Shown: one piece after another, positions 30,254-40,267 of the stretch
Layout of the letters: every line of letters begins with the position of its first letter
Position numbering within the stretch: the stretch's first letter is position 1
From: an uncultured Oscillospiraceae bacterium
Lineage (GTDB): Bacteria; Bacillota; Clostridia; Oscillospirales; UBA644
Reading direction: 5' to 3'
NCBI GenBank assembly: GCA_964448355.1
Contig: CAYUWC010000005.1
Coordinates: 5,898-69,897 of the forward strand
Length of the DNA stretch: 64,000 nt
The notes under the pieces: generated by a model
Seen by the model: only the letters and a program-made list of their open reading frames with translations
Databases searched by the model: none
What the model was told of the DNA's origin: nothing
Program-made: the position numbers and the translations under genes

Positions 30254-32146
30254 TTATTTTATAATGACAGTTGCGGTCTCGGTCAAAGTATTTCTGTCAT
30301 ACACCGTCATGATGTTGTACTGATAAAAATAAACCGAATCGTTAACATAGCAAACTCTCGAATAGTCCGGATAATCCGAATACAAAGTCGATTCCGGAGA
30401 AATGATCTTGCAGTCGAGCGTTCCGTCTTCGTTTATATGAACACAGCAAAAGCCGTAATCGCCGTTTGCGAAAATCGGGAAATATCCGGTTTGCTCCGCG
30501 TCGGAGTAAACAAACGCTTTGTAATTGGAAAGAGCTTCCGATGTTGCATACGAGCCGCCGACCATGTTTATAACATCTATCTCTTTCGGTTCAAAAGGAT
30601 CGGAAACATCGAAAAGCGATATTTTCATTCCGGCAACGTATGTTGAAACATATTCCTGTCCGTAATAATCCGTCCAAACATTTTCTTTTGTTTCTTTGCC
30701 GATACCGAGGAGCAGTCCGTCTGCAACGGGATGAAGATACGTGGAAAAGCCGGGGACCTTAAGCTCGCCGAGGACTTTGGGGGTATTTTCGCTCATATCG
30801 ATAACAAACAGCGGGTCTACCTGACGAAATGTTACAACATACGCAACATCGCCGGAAAATCTGACGGAGTAGATCTTTTCGCCTGCGGCAAGCCCCGTCA
30901 GCTCGCCGATCTTTTCGAGATTACGGTCATACACATAAACACTGTTTGACGAGGTCACGGAATCGGTCGTTGCAATGCGGAATTTGCCGTTATATTCGTT
31001 GTACGAAAAAGCGGTCGACGCCTTGCCCGGAACAGATACGGACGCAACGTATTCAAGCGTATCGTTAACGGAATATTTTGCGATGTTCGTGTTTGTCCAG
31101 TCGTAATTTATAATATAAAAGCTGTCGGCGGTCATATAGACATTGCTTCCTGCACCGAGAACGGACATCACGTCTGTTTTTCCGCCGTTTTTCCAATCAA
31201 TTATCGCAACGGACATAACAGACGAAGAAACATAGTTTAACACCGGACGATATATATCCGACGCATCCATCATGTAAAAGCCCTGTTCACTGTTGTAAAC
31301 ATACGGTAAAAAGTCGCACATATCAGGCTCGTCATAATCATACGAATAGAATATTTTATTTGCGACGAGATACATTTTGCCGTCTTTTTCACGTGAAGAG
31401 ACATAATCGCCCTCAACAAGCGAAGCAAAGCTTTCTTTCGGCAAGGTACGATCGGAGATGTCTATGCAAAAGACCGCAGTACACGTCGTAAACTTATCGG
31501 ACGGTGTTCTCACAGAGGTCGAAGGCTCTTGATCCTCCGCATCGGGGTCGAAAGCATAACCGAAATTTGTTTTACCCTCAAAATATTCTTCGTTATTCGT
31601 CGCCCAAATATTCGCAACGATCAAAGCCGTGTCGCCTTTGATATACATTTCTTTAACATAGCCGTCGCCCGTCGGGAATATTTTATAATAAGACAGGACT
31701 TCTGTGTTTGAATCGGCGGCGGAAAGAATAATAAGCTCATTGTTACGAATAACATAGATATACTTGCCGTCGGTCTTTAATATATCGCCCTCGTCAACGT
31801 TTTCGTCAACACGGTTCGTTTCGGAAACATCGTATTGGTCCGCATATGTTACCGAATCGGCAAAATCAGACACTGCATCTTCGTCTGTTGCCGTGGGAAG
31901 ACTGTCGAGCACCCCGTCTACGGTCTCTGTCGTTATAGCATAATAACGCTCCGTCAGGTTTTCCGAGAGATATTTGATAAACTCATCGTTATTTGCAAAC
32001 TTCAACTCGTTTGTTTTATCGTTTCCGTTTGGAAGATCGTTGTCGTCGTTTTCGTTTTGCTGTTGAGACACGCAGCCTGTCAGTAATAATGACAAAGCAA
32101 TAATCGTTGCAACAACAGCGGAGGTTATTCTCAAAAATTTCTTCAT
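30254..32146 (-). CDS. Secreted beta-propeller domain lipoprotein (Beta_propel family)
   Basis: Lipobox LLTGC; VDEGDILKTDG, IYSVRF, VTFRQVDPLFVID and ELKVPGFSTYLHP motifs. Confidence 0.88.
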   Translation of the reverse strand: MKKFLRITSAVVATIIALSLLLTGCVSQQQNENDDNDLPNGNDKTNELKFANNDEFIKYLSENLTERYYAITTETVDGVLDSLPTATDEDAVSDFADSVTYADQYDVSETNRVDENVDEGDILKTDGKYIYVIRNNELIILSAADSNTEVLSYYKIFPTGDGYVKEMYIKGDTALIVANIWATNNEEYFEGKTNFGYAFDPDAEDQEPSTSVRTPSDKFTTCTAVFCIDISDRTLPKESFASLVEGDYVSSREKDGKMYLVANKIFYSYDYDEPDMCDFLPYVYNSEQGFYMMDASDIYRPVLNYVSSSVMSVAIIDWKNGGKTDVMSVLGAGSNVYMTADSFYIINYDWTNTNIAKYSVNDTLEYVASVSVPGKASTAFSYNEYNGKFRIATTDSVTSSNSVYVYDRNLEKIGELTGLAAGEKIYSVRFSGDVAYVVTFRQVDPLFVIDMSENTPKVLGELKVPGFSTYLHPVADGLLLGIGKETKENVWTDYYGQEYVSTYVAGMKISLFDVSDPFEPKEIDVINMVGGSYATSEALSNYKAFVYSDAEQTGYFPIFANGDYGFCCVHINEDGTLDCKIISPESTLYSDYPDYSRVCYVNDSVYFYQYNIMTVYDRNTLTETATVIIK

Positions 32147-32194
32147 ATGTATCACACACTCCGTATTTTTGTTTATTTGAAGCTTCTTATACCG

Positions 32195-32222
32195 TTAGAC
32201 GAACAAAACCGCCAAAAGTTCC
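32195..32222 (-). promoter_or_regulatory. ECF sigma-type promoter
   Basis: GGAACTTTTggcggttttgttCGTCTAA (AAC-N16-CGT). Confidence 0.75.
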
Positions 32223-32390
32223 CTATTATAAAGTATTTATTTTAAAAGTTGCGGATCCCCAAGCAAACTCACGGTTTTTGCAAATTTACGTTGGAGATCC
32301 GTGCGAATATATCTTAGAGCAAATATAGTAATAAATGTAAAAAAATTTATTACAGGTTCGATCATAACAAGATCGGATAAGTTCGGCAAT

Positions 32391-33329
32391 TTACTGAACG
32401 ATTTTTTCGCCTTTGGCAATAAAGAACGTATTATCCAAAGGATTATACGATTCACAAACCTTAAGGTCTTCCGTATAAACGATATTTCCGTCCGGGTCCT
32501 TGATCTCGGCATTGATTTTCCACTCGACATCCGCATTAAAAGGATAAATGCGGTAAATATCGCAAATATACGCAACCTGCCCCGCTTTGGAGCAAAGAGT
32601 TTGAGGCTCGTAATAAGGATTTCCGGTAAATGTGTATGTAACATCATAATCCGAAAATTCGGGATTATCTACAGTTAAACCGATATCGAAAAATATCGTT
32701 CCCGATGAAACCTTCGCATAACATATCACACCTTCAAGTCCGGAGATCGGGTTTCCTTCCCATTGATCGAGATACAGATCGTATTTAACCGCTGTTTTAT
32801 CCGAAAGTATCGCCGAAACGGAAACGGTGCCGGATTCGGACCTACCCATATCGGTTCGGATATTCAGCTCATTAAGATCCATATAGCCCCAAGTTACCTC
32901 AAAATCCGAAGCACCGTCAAGTTGTGAGAAAATAAAATCGGTCATATAGACGAGTTTTCCGGTAGGAGTAAGATAAGCCTTGTATATAGTTGAGCTACCG
33001 AGCATAAAATTATGTTCGGGCATATATACAAGCTTTCCTCCCGTTATTTTTTCGGCCTCTTGTTCCGACATAAACTGAATAGGCAAAATTGTCTGCACAG
33101 CCTGCGCCGATTCTGTTCCGGCATGCAAAGTTTCTTCTTCGGACAGCGGATCGTATTCACCAACTGAACCGTCGGCATCTTCGATCACATCATCGATCGC
33201 ATCATTGTTGATATTTTCTTTGATCTCATTTTCATTCAAATTCGGATCGTTCGGCTCGTTATTTGCGCATGATGTAAATGAAAGCAGAACCGTCAACATC
33301 AATATAATAATGACCTGTACTTTTCTCAT
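32391..33329 (-). CDS. Hypothetical lipoprotein
   Basis: Lipobox FTSC and acidic linker; ATG at 33329 after AAGGAG, 12 bp from the upstream stop codon. Confidence 0.75.
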   Translation of the reverse strand: MRKVQVIIILMLTVLLSFTSCANNEPNDPNLNENEIKENINNDAIDDVIEDADGSVGEYDPLSEEETLHAGTESAQAVQTILPIQFMSEQEAEKITGGKLVYMPEHNFMLGSSTIYKAYLTPTGKLVYMTDFIFSQLDGASDFEVTWGYMDLNELNIRTDMGRSESGTVSVSAILSDKTAVKYDLYLDQWEGNPISGLEGVICYAKVSSGTIFFDIGLTVDNPEFSDYDVTYTFTGNPYYEPQTLCSKAGQVAYICDIYRIYPFNADVEWKINAEIKDPDGNIVYTEDLKVCESYNPLDNTFFIAKGEKIVQ

Positions 33330-33341
33330 AGAAATCACTCC

Positions 33342-34901
33342 TTAGTCCATGAACGTTACTTTCACTGCATTATCCAATGTTTGGCAATAAGACTTATACA
33401 CTTGGTCCAATGTAGAAACAGCTTGACTATAACTGTTTGAACGGCCGGGGTCACACACTGTAAAAACATACTCACCATTTGAAAGAGTATAACTTGTAAA
33501 TAATAAATAATGACTGCTAGTATCACTTTGGAAAAGAACAATAACTCCGCCATCATAACTGTCGATCTTCGATGCGATATATGCAGCTTTTTGATTTGCC
33601 GTATATGTTGTTGGAAATGTGAAAGAATATGCTGTGTCACCATAATAAGTTGCACATGTCATCCAACTAACCAATACTGGTGAACGAGGAACAATATAAT
33701 AATTTTTATCGTCTATCAAAGTTGTTCCGGTTACATTGGTTGTTTCAGTGTTAACTAAACTCATCGTAAAAGGATCAGTTGTTTTAACTGACAATGAAAC
33801 TCCCCTATAGTCAAAACTCCTTGTAACAGCGCCGTTTCTATTTCTATATAACATTGCCATGCATGTTAAAGCACAACCAGAACTCATAAATTCGGGATTT
33901 GTTGTTGAATAAAAAACTTTATTTGTAGAAATTGTTGAACTACTTAAAGTAGTACTTGTAGAATAGTAGAGAGTAGATAAATTTGTGGCATTCCAAGATC
34001 CTCCTGAAGCATTAGCATTCATTTGACTATACCATATTGGACTAGATACAGCTGATCTATAAATAGTTGAATTTTCTCTAAAGGTGCTTATCTCCAAGTC
34101 CTCTCCTTGCGATGCATATACTACTTCATATGTAGGATAATTATTGGTTTTATTTTTAACATCATCTATGGAAAAATTTACCGGGATATATCCCATTTTG
34201 TAATATCCCGAAAAGGTAGCCTTGCCGCGAACACTATCTACATTTACTTTATTATGATCATTTATTTCCAAATAATCATAAGAAATGTAAACTTTGTTGT
34301 TAAGCTCTTTGAAATTGCTGAGTTCACCAATACAGTAGATGTCATCATTGATAAACAGAATAAAATTGTAGATATTATTGATTTGTATCGGAAGTGCAAT
34401 ATCATTACTTGTAATTGGAGTAAAAAAGCAACTATCATCATTCCAAAAAAAGATATCATATGTTGTTCTTTCTTTTTCTATTTCGTCATTGTCTTTGAGA
34501 CGTATTACGTAATGATATACTAAATCCTCCAAATCTACCGTTGGGATATATGATTCGACCCAAATTACATTTTCCGAATTAAAATCAACAGCTTTTTTTT
34601 CTGTTGCTTCTGTTGAGATGTTTTCTTCTAATTTTTCAATATAAGAAGTGTACTTTTGATTTATATATTTTACAGAGTCATTTTCTATGACCATATCAAT
34701 GTAAAACGGTAATACGTTGTCTTCATCAACGAATTCAAAAGCGTAATCATCATATTCATTACTTAAACACAGACCATTCCATGCAGGAGTTAAGCTATTA
34801 TGTTTTACAATCTCAGCCTTGAACCCTACACCGATAATTGAAAATGTTAAAACGACGACTATTGCCATCGCAAAACTCTTTAAAAATTTTTTATTATTCA
34901 T
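33342..34901 (-). CDS. AT-rich secreted protein with a C-terminal C39-like (papain-fold) cysteine peptidase domain
   Basis: Signal peptide; WYSQ, SGCALTCMAM, HYLL and VCDPG in the Gln-Cys-His-Asp order. Confidence 0.7.
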   Translation of the reverse strand: MNNKKFLKSFAMAIVVVLTFSIIGVGFKAEIVKHNSLTPAWNGLCLSNEYDDYAFEFVDEDNVLPFYIDMVIENDSVKYINQKYTSYIEKLEENISTEATEKKAVDFNSENVIWVESYIPTVDLEDLVYHYVIRLKDNDEIEKERTTYDIFFWNDDSCFFTPITSNDIALPIQINNIYNFILFINDDIYCIGELSNFKELNNKVYISYDYLEINDHNKVNVDSVRGKATFSGYYKMGYIPVNFSIDDVKNKTNNYPTYEVVYASQGEDLEISTFRENSTIYRSAVSSPIWYSQMNANASGGSWNATNLSTLYYSTSTTLSSSTISTNKVFYSTTNPEFMSSGCALTCMAMLYRNRNGAVTRSFDYRGVSLSVKTTDPFTMSLVNTETTNVTGTTLIDDKNYYIVPRSPVLVSWMTCATYYGDTAYSFTFPTTYTANQKAAYIASKIDSYDGGVIVLFQSDTSSHYLLFTSYTLSNGEYVFTVCDPGRSNSYSQAVSTLDQVYKSYCQTLDNAVKVTFMD

Positions 34902-35379
34902 TGTTTTTATCCTTTCTACATAAAAATTATAGTTTTTAAAATAATCTCAGAATTAAAAGGGTTGCTCACCAATAAAAACATTTGGAAGAACTATTACCCA
35001 AAGACAGATTTCAAGCCTCTCGGCTCAAATCAGTTTAATGATTTTACATAAAACAATCCACAAATACAGTTGTTTTCCGCACCTCCGTAACGACATATAA
35101 TCATTTGTTTTTCGAGAGAACACAATATTATGATAAACATTGTTAAAAATAAAGAAGATACTTCTCATAAAAGATCCCTCACAATCTCTTCAAGATAGCG
35201 AACAAAAAAATCAGACCGTTGTTTTTGTCATCGAAAATTTCGTCGGAATAAGTAAAAACGTTACGTTAAATTTTTCTGAAAAATTTCTTGTTGTTTTCTT
35301 TTAATATCTATTTATTTGCGTTATCATGTAATCGCCGGAAAAAGGTTAGTAAAATCTCGACATTTTACATTCCATAAAT

Positions 35380-35408
35380 ATAGTAACATGCTCAGAAGAT
35401 GTTGTCAA
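35380..35408 (-). promoter_or_regulatory. sigA-type promoter facing the AT-rich locus
   Basis: TTGACA-17-TACTAT with extended TG. Confidence 0.6.
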
Positions 35409-35560
35409 TAGAAAAAAACGGAAGAATAAAAGATTTTCATATTTTTACGGAAGCTTTCCACGAATGATTTACCGGAAAATGTCACTCTGTTAAGTTAACA
35501 AAACAAAACTCCATACCGAAAACACATACACTTTTTCATGTTTTATCTCCCTATATGATA

Positions 35561-35588
35561 TAAGACGAAAAAGAAAGGGAAAAGTTCC
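35561..35588 (-). promoter_or_regulatory. ECF sigma-type promoter
   Basis: GGAACTTTTccctttctttttCGTCTTA (AAC-N16-CGT). Confidence 0.7.
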
Positions 35589-35758
35589 CTGTTTTAGAGT
35601 TTACCGTAAAATTTTTTCAAGGGCAAAAGTTCATTATATTTTTAGCATTATGCGGTTGAAATTTTCCGACAGATATGTTATAATAATATGATATATGGTA
35701 TCATGGGTATTTTGAGACATGGTATTTTTTACGGAAATCACACTTTACAGGAGACAGT

Positions 35759-38700
35759 ATGCAGTTAAAAAGCCTTGAGCTTACGGGGTTCAAATCGTTC
35801 CCGGATAAAACTCTGATAAATTTCAGTTCCGGAATAACCGCGATAGTAGGTCCGAACGGAAGCGGTAAGAGCAATATTGCGGACGCGCTGAGATGGGTCA
35901 TGGGTGAAACTTCGTCCAGGTCGCTGCGCGGAGTAAAAATGGAAGATGTTGTGTTTGACGGAACGCAGTCACGCCGTCCGCTCGGATTTGCCGAAGTTTC
36001 TTTGGTGCTTGACAACAGCGATTCAAGTCTTCCGATAGAGTATTCGGAAGTTGTAATATCGAGACGATATTATCGTTCCGGCGAAAGTGAATATTTTATT
36101 AACAAGCAAAATGTTAGATTAAAAGACATACACGATCTTTTCAGAGACACGGGGCTTGGCAGAACAGGTTATTCGATAATCGGACAAGGTTCCGTAACGG
36201 AGATCATTTCGGCAAAGAGTTCCGACCGTCGAAATGTGTTTGAAGAAGCTGCGGGCATAGCGAAGTACAGATTCAAAAAAGAAGAAAGCGAACGTAAATT
36301 ATCGTCAACGCAAGATAACATCGTGCGTCTTTCCGACATTATAACGGAGCTTTCTGACAGGCTCGGACCTCTTGAGCAGCAGGCGAAGAAAGCGAGAAAA
36401 TATATAGACCTGTTCGACGAAAAAAAGAAGCTTGAAATATCGCTTTGGTTATCCGATCTTACGAGTTTTACGGAAGAGTTAAAATCGCTTGAAAAAACAG
36501 AAGCCGCACTAATAGAATCGTCCGCGAAAAACGACAGTGAGATCCTGCGCTGCGAAAGCGAAGCGGAGCGTCTTTCGTACGAGATAACGGCACTTACGGC
36601 AAAGATAGAAGCGTTGAGGGCCGAAAGCAAGCAATTTGACGAGCTTTTGCAGGCGAAAAACGCAGAGATCCTTATTATTAACAACGATATCGAGCACGCT
36701 CAAAAAGATATCGAGCGTATAACCGCCGAAATAGAAAAGAGCGATCGTTCCGACGCCGAAATAACGGCGGAGATCGAAAAAAAGGAAAACGAAAAGCTTG
36801 AGCTTCAAAAGCAGATAGAAAAAACAGACGTCGAATATCAAAATATCATCTCGGAGCGAAATGTTAAACTCGAAAGCGACGTAAACTATGCGAACGTTTC
36901 AAACGACTTGCGTTCGCAAATATCCGAGCTGTCGGCGAAAATAACCGAGCTTCAGATCGAAGAGGGACGTTCCGTACAGAAGATACAGGCGATAGACGAG
37001 CATACGTTAAACACTCAAAAAGAGCTTGTTGACGCAAAAGAAAGGTTGTCGTCTCTCGAAAAAGGCAGAGAGAGCAACAAAAAAAGAGCTGCGGAGCTTG
37101 ACGAAAAGCTTGCGGAGAACAAGAACATCTTCAACGGCTATTCGATGAAAGTTTCCGGCTCAAAGAGGAAACTCGAAGCCGCGAACGATGAATACGGCAA
37201 GATAAAGCTTTTGCTTTCCGAAAAAAGCAACAAAAAAACGATGCTTGAGGATATGGAAAAGCATTACGAAGGTTTTGCCGGAAGTGTAAAAAGCGTAATG
37301 AACGAAGCCTCACGGGGAATCCTTTCGGGCGTACACGGAACCGTAGCGTCCGTTATCAAGGTATCCTCGGAGTATGCAACTGCAACAGAGATCGCGCTCG
37401 GAGCTGCGATCCAAAACATAATCGTAAACGACGAACGTTCCGCAAAGGACTGCATATATTTTCTCAAATCGAAAAATCTCGGCAGAGCGACTTTTTTACC
37501 GATTTCGACAATAACCGGCAAGAAGCTTGACGAGCGCGAGCTCAAAGGCAAAAACGGGTATTTGGGTATTGCGTCCGACCTTATAACGTACGACGAAAAA
37601 TACAGAGGCGTTATACAGCAGCTGCTCGGAAGGACGGCTGTTGTGGAAACGATCGACGATGCGACGGATATTGCAAAAGTAAACAGATACTCGTTTAAGA
37701 TCGTAACACTTGACGGACAAGTTGTAAACCCCGGAGGTTCGCTCACGGGCGGCTCCGTAGGAAGAAATACCGGTATATTAACAAGAACAAACGAGATCGA
37801 AAAGCTCGGTGAAGAGATATCCGTTATTTCCGAAGATCTCAAAGCGAAAGCGACGAAAGTTAAGACCGCAACGGCAGAGCTTGCGTCTGCGGAAGCGGCG
37901 CTTGACGGACTTATCGCGGAAAACAAGACGGTAAGCGACGAGCATATTCGCGTTACCGCCGAAATCGAGCACAGCACGCAGTATATATGCAATATTTCAG
38001 AACAAATACACGCCTTCGAAAATGTTTTAAGCACAAACGACGAGGAAAAGAAAAACACCGAGCTTCAGCTTGAAGCGATACGAAACGATCTTAAAGAGAG
38101 CCGCGCGCTCCTTTCGGAAAAAGAAAATGAATCCGCAATTCTTGACGAAAAGCACGAAGCACTCGCAAAAGTTCAAGAAGAAATTGCGCAAAGGCTCCAC
38201 GAAAAGGAAATCGAAAAGCTCAATAAGATCAAGGACGCAGAGAACAATTCCAATATTATCGAGGCGTTAAAAACAAGGCAAAAAGAGGGCGAAGCCCTCA
38301 TCGAAAAGCTTCGTTCGGATATTTTGTCGGAACAAGACAAGATCGAAGAATATCGAAGACAAGCTCTCCAAAAGACGGAAGAGCTTGTCCAAATGCGTTT
38401 GCGTTCGGAAACAAAGATATCGGATATTACGACCGAAAACGATCGCAGAACGGCGTTTGAAGCAAAAAAGAATCTTCTTTTCGAAGAAGAGAAAAAATAT
38501 TTTGACGCAAAAGATCGTCTCGGCAGAGAAACGGAACGTCTTACCATTAAAAAGACGGCGCTGCGTGAGGATATCGGGTCTGTTTCGATGAAGATATGGG
38601 ACGAATACGAAATGACGATGAGCGAAGCCGAAAGCTTTGCTTCAGAACATATTCCGGACGATATCGAGGACGCAAGAAAACGTGTTTCGGAGCTTAAAAA

Positions 38701-39325
38701 TCAGATCAAGGCATTGGGCAGCGTAAATGTTGACGCGATAGACGAATTTGCACAAGTCAAAGAGCGTCACGACACATTGCAGCAGCAAACAAAAGATCTG
38801 ATCAGCGCAAAAGAGTCTCTCGAAAAGATAATCGAACAGCTTGTAAAAGAGATGACGGAGATATTCGACGAACAGTTCAAAAAAATCAACGAAGCGTTTT
38901 CACACGTATTCAAAGAGCTTTTCGGCGGAGGAACGGCGCGTTTAACGCTCACGGAGCCTGACGATCCGCTCGGTTCGGGCGTGGAAATATACGTTGCGCC
39001 TCCGGGCAAGGTTATCAAACATCTTTCGTCGCTTTCGGGCGGGGAACAATCGTTGACGGCGATCGCGCTTTATTTTGCGCTTATGAAAGTACGTCCGACG
39101 CCGTTCTGTTTGTTAGACGAGATCGAATCTGCGCTTGACGACGTAAACGTAACTCGATATGCGCAATATTTAAGCAGAATGTCGGATAAAACACAATTTC
39201 TTTTGATCACCCACCGTCGCGGCTCCATGGAAGCGGCGGACAGACTTTACGGTGTTACAATGCGAGAAAAAGGAATTTCAAAGATACTTACTATTGACGT
39301 TTCCGAAACGGAAGAAAACGTCTGA
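35759..39325 (+). CDS. smc: Chromosome segregation protein SMC
   Basis: GPNGSGKSN, hinge GRATFLP, LSGGE and LLDEIE motifs with long coiled coils. Confidence 0.98.
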   Translation: MQLKSLELTGFKSFPDKTLINFSSGITAIVGPNGSGKSNIADALRWVMGETSSRSLRGVKMEDVVFDGTQSRRPLGFAEVSLVLDNSDSSLPIEYSEVVISRRYYRSGESEYFINKQNVRLKDIHDLFRDTGLGRTGYSIIGQGSVTEIISAKSSDRRNVFEEAAGIAKYRFKKEESERKLSSTQDNIVRLSDIITELSDRLGPLEQQAKKARKYIDLFDEKKKLEISLWLSDLTSFTEELKSLEKTEAALIESSAKNDSEILRCESEAERLSYEITALTAKIEALRAESKQFDELLQAKNAEILIINNDIEHAQKDIERITAEIEKSDRSDAEITAEIEKKENEKLELQKQIEKTDVEYQNIISERNVKLESDVNYANVSNDLRSQISELSAKITELQIEEGRSVQKIQAIDEHTLNTQKELVDAKERLSSLEKGRESNKKRAAELDEKLAENKNIFNGYSMKVSGSKRKLEAANDEYGKIKLLLSEKSNKKTMLEDMEKHYEGFAGSVKSVMNEASRGILSGVHGTVASVIKVSSEYATATEIALGAAIQNIIVNDERSAKDCIYFLKSKNLGRATFLPISTITGKKLDERELKGKNGYLGIASDLITYDEKYRGVIQQLLGRTAVVETIDDATDIAKVNRYSFKIVTLDGQVVNPGGSLTGGSVGRNTGILTRTNEIEKLGEEISVISEDLKAKATKVKTATAELASAEAALDGLIAENKTVSDEHIRVTAEIEHSTQYICNISEQIHAFENVLSTNDEEKKNTELQLEAIRNDLKESRALLSEKENESAILDEKHEALAKVQEEIAQRLHEKEIEKLNKIKDAENNSNIIEALKTRQKEGEALIEKLRSDILSEQDKIEEYRRQALQKTEELVQMRLRSETKISDITTENDRRTAFEAKKNLLFEEEKKYFDAKDRLGRETERLTIKKTALREDIGSVSMKIWDEYEMTMSEAESFASEHIPDDIEDARKRVSELKNQIKALGSVNVDAIDEFAQVKERHDTLQQQTKDLISAKESLEKIIEQLVKEMTEIFDEQFKKINEAFSHVFKELFGGGTARLTLTEPDDPLGSGVEIYVAPPGKVIKHLSSLSGGEQSLTAIALYFALMKVRPTPFCLLDEIESALDDVNVTRYAQYLSRMSDKTQFLLITHRRGSMEAADRLYGVTMREKGISKILTIDVSETEENV

Positions 39326-39348
39326 CGACGTACATACGGAGGTAAAAA

Positions 39349-40266
39349 ATGGGATTTTTCGATAAGATCAAAGCCGGTCTGACAAAGACAAAAGCGAGTA
39401 TTCAGAACGGTCTTAACGAGATATTCGCGTCATTTCGAAAAGTTGACGAAGAATTTCTCGATGAATTGATGGAGATGTTACTTCTTGCGGACGTAGGCTA
39501 TGAAACAGCCGAAAGCATCATAAACGATCTCAGAGACAGGGCAAAGCTTGAAAAGATCGAAGATGCAAACGTTCTCAAAACAGTACTTCGCGACATAATT
39601 GCGGATAAAATGACCGGCGACAACGAGCTGAATATTTCAACAAAGCCTTCCGTTATAGTTGTTGTGGGCGTTAACGGCGTCGGTAAAACAACAACGATCG
39701 GCAAGCTTGCAAACAGCCTTAAGCAATCGGGCAAAAAAGTTATAATCGCGGCAGCCGACACATTCAGAGCCGCAGCTATCGAGCAAGTGGAGATCTGGGC
39801 ACAAAGATCGGACATCGAGATCGTAAAGCACAAAGACGGTTCCGATCCCGCAGCCGTGGTCTACGACGCTATTCAAGCGGCTAAAGCGAGAGGCGCAGAC
39901 GTTGTTATATGCGACACGGCAGGCAGACTTCACAACAAAAAGGGACTTATGGACGAGCTTTCGAAGATAACGAGAGTTGTTTCAAAAGAGCTTCCCGATG
40001 CGGACAAGGAGATCCTTCTCGTTCTTGACGCCACTACGGGACAAAACGCCGTTTCGCAGGCAAAGGATTTTAAAGAAGCCACGAATATTACAGGTGTTGT
40101 TTTAACAAAACTCGACGGTACGGCACGCGGCGGCGTTACGATCGCCGTAAGAGACGTTACGGGCGTTCCGATAAAATTGATCGGCGTGGGCGAACAAATA
40201 GACGATTTGCAGCCTTTTTCGCCGATGGATTTTGCGAATGCGTTGCTTGATATGGAGGCTAAATAA
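39349..40266 (+). CDS. ftsY: Signal recognition particle receptor
   Basis: GVNGVGKTTT, DTFRAAA, DTAGR and TKLDGTARGG motifs. Confidence 0.97.
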   Translation: MGFFDKIKAGLTKTKASIQNGLNEIFASFRKVDEEFLDELMEMLLLADVGYETAESIINDLRDRAKLEKIEDANVLKTVLRDIIADKMTGDNELNISTKPSVIVVVGVNGVGKTTTIGKLANSLKQSGKKVIIAAADTFRAAAIEQVEIWAQRSDIEIVKHKDGSDPAAVVYDAIQAAKARGADVVICDTAGRLHNKKGLMDELSKITRVVSKELPDADKEILLVLDATTGQNAVSQAKDFKEATNITGVVLTKLDGTARGGVTIAVRDVTGVPIKLIGVGEQIDDLQPFSPMDFANALLDMEAK

Positions 40267-40267
40267 T

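Noticed and set aside
32391-35560. Prophage, ICE or IS-borne island
   Set aside because: No integrase, transposase, tRNA or att-like direct repeats were seen; only composition suggests foreign origin.
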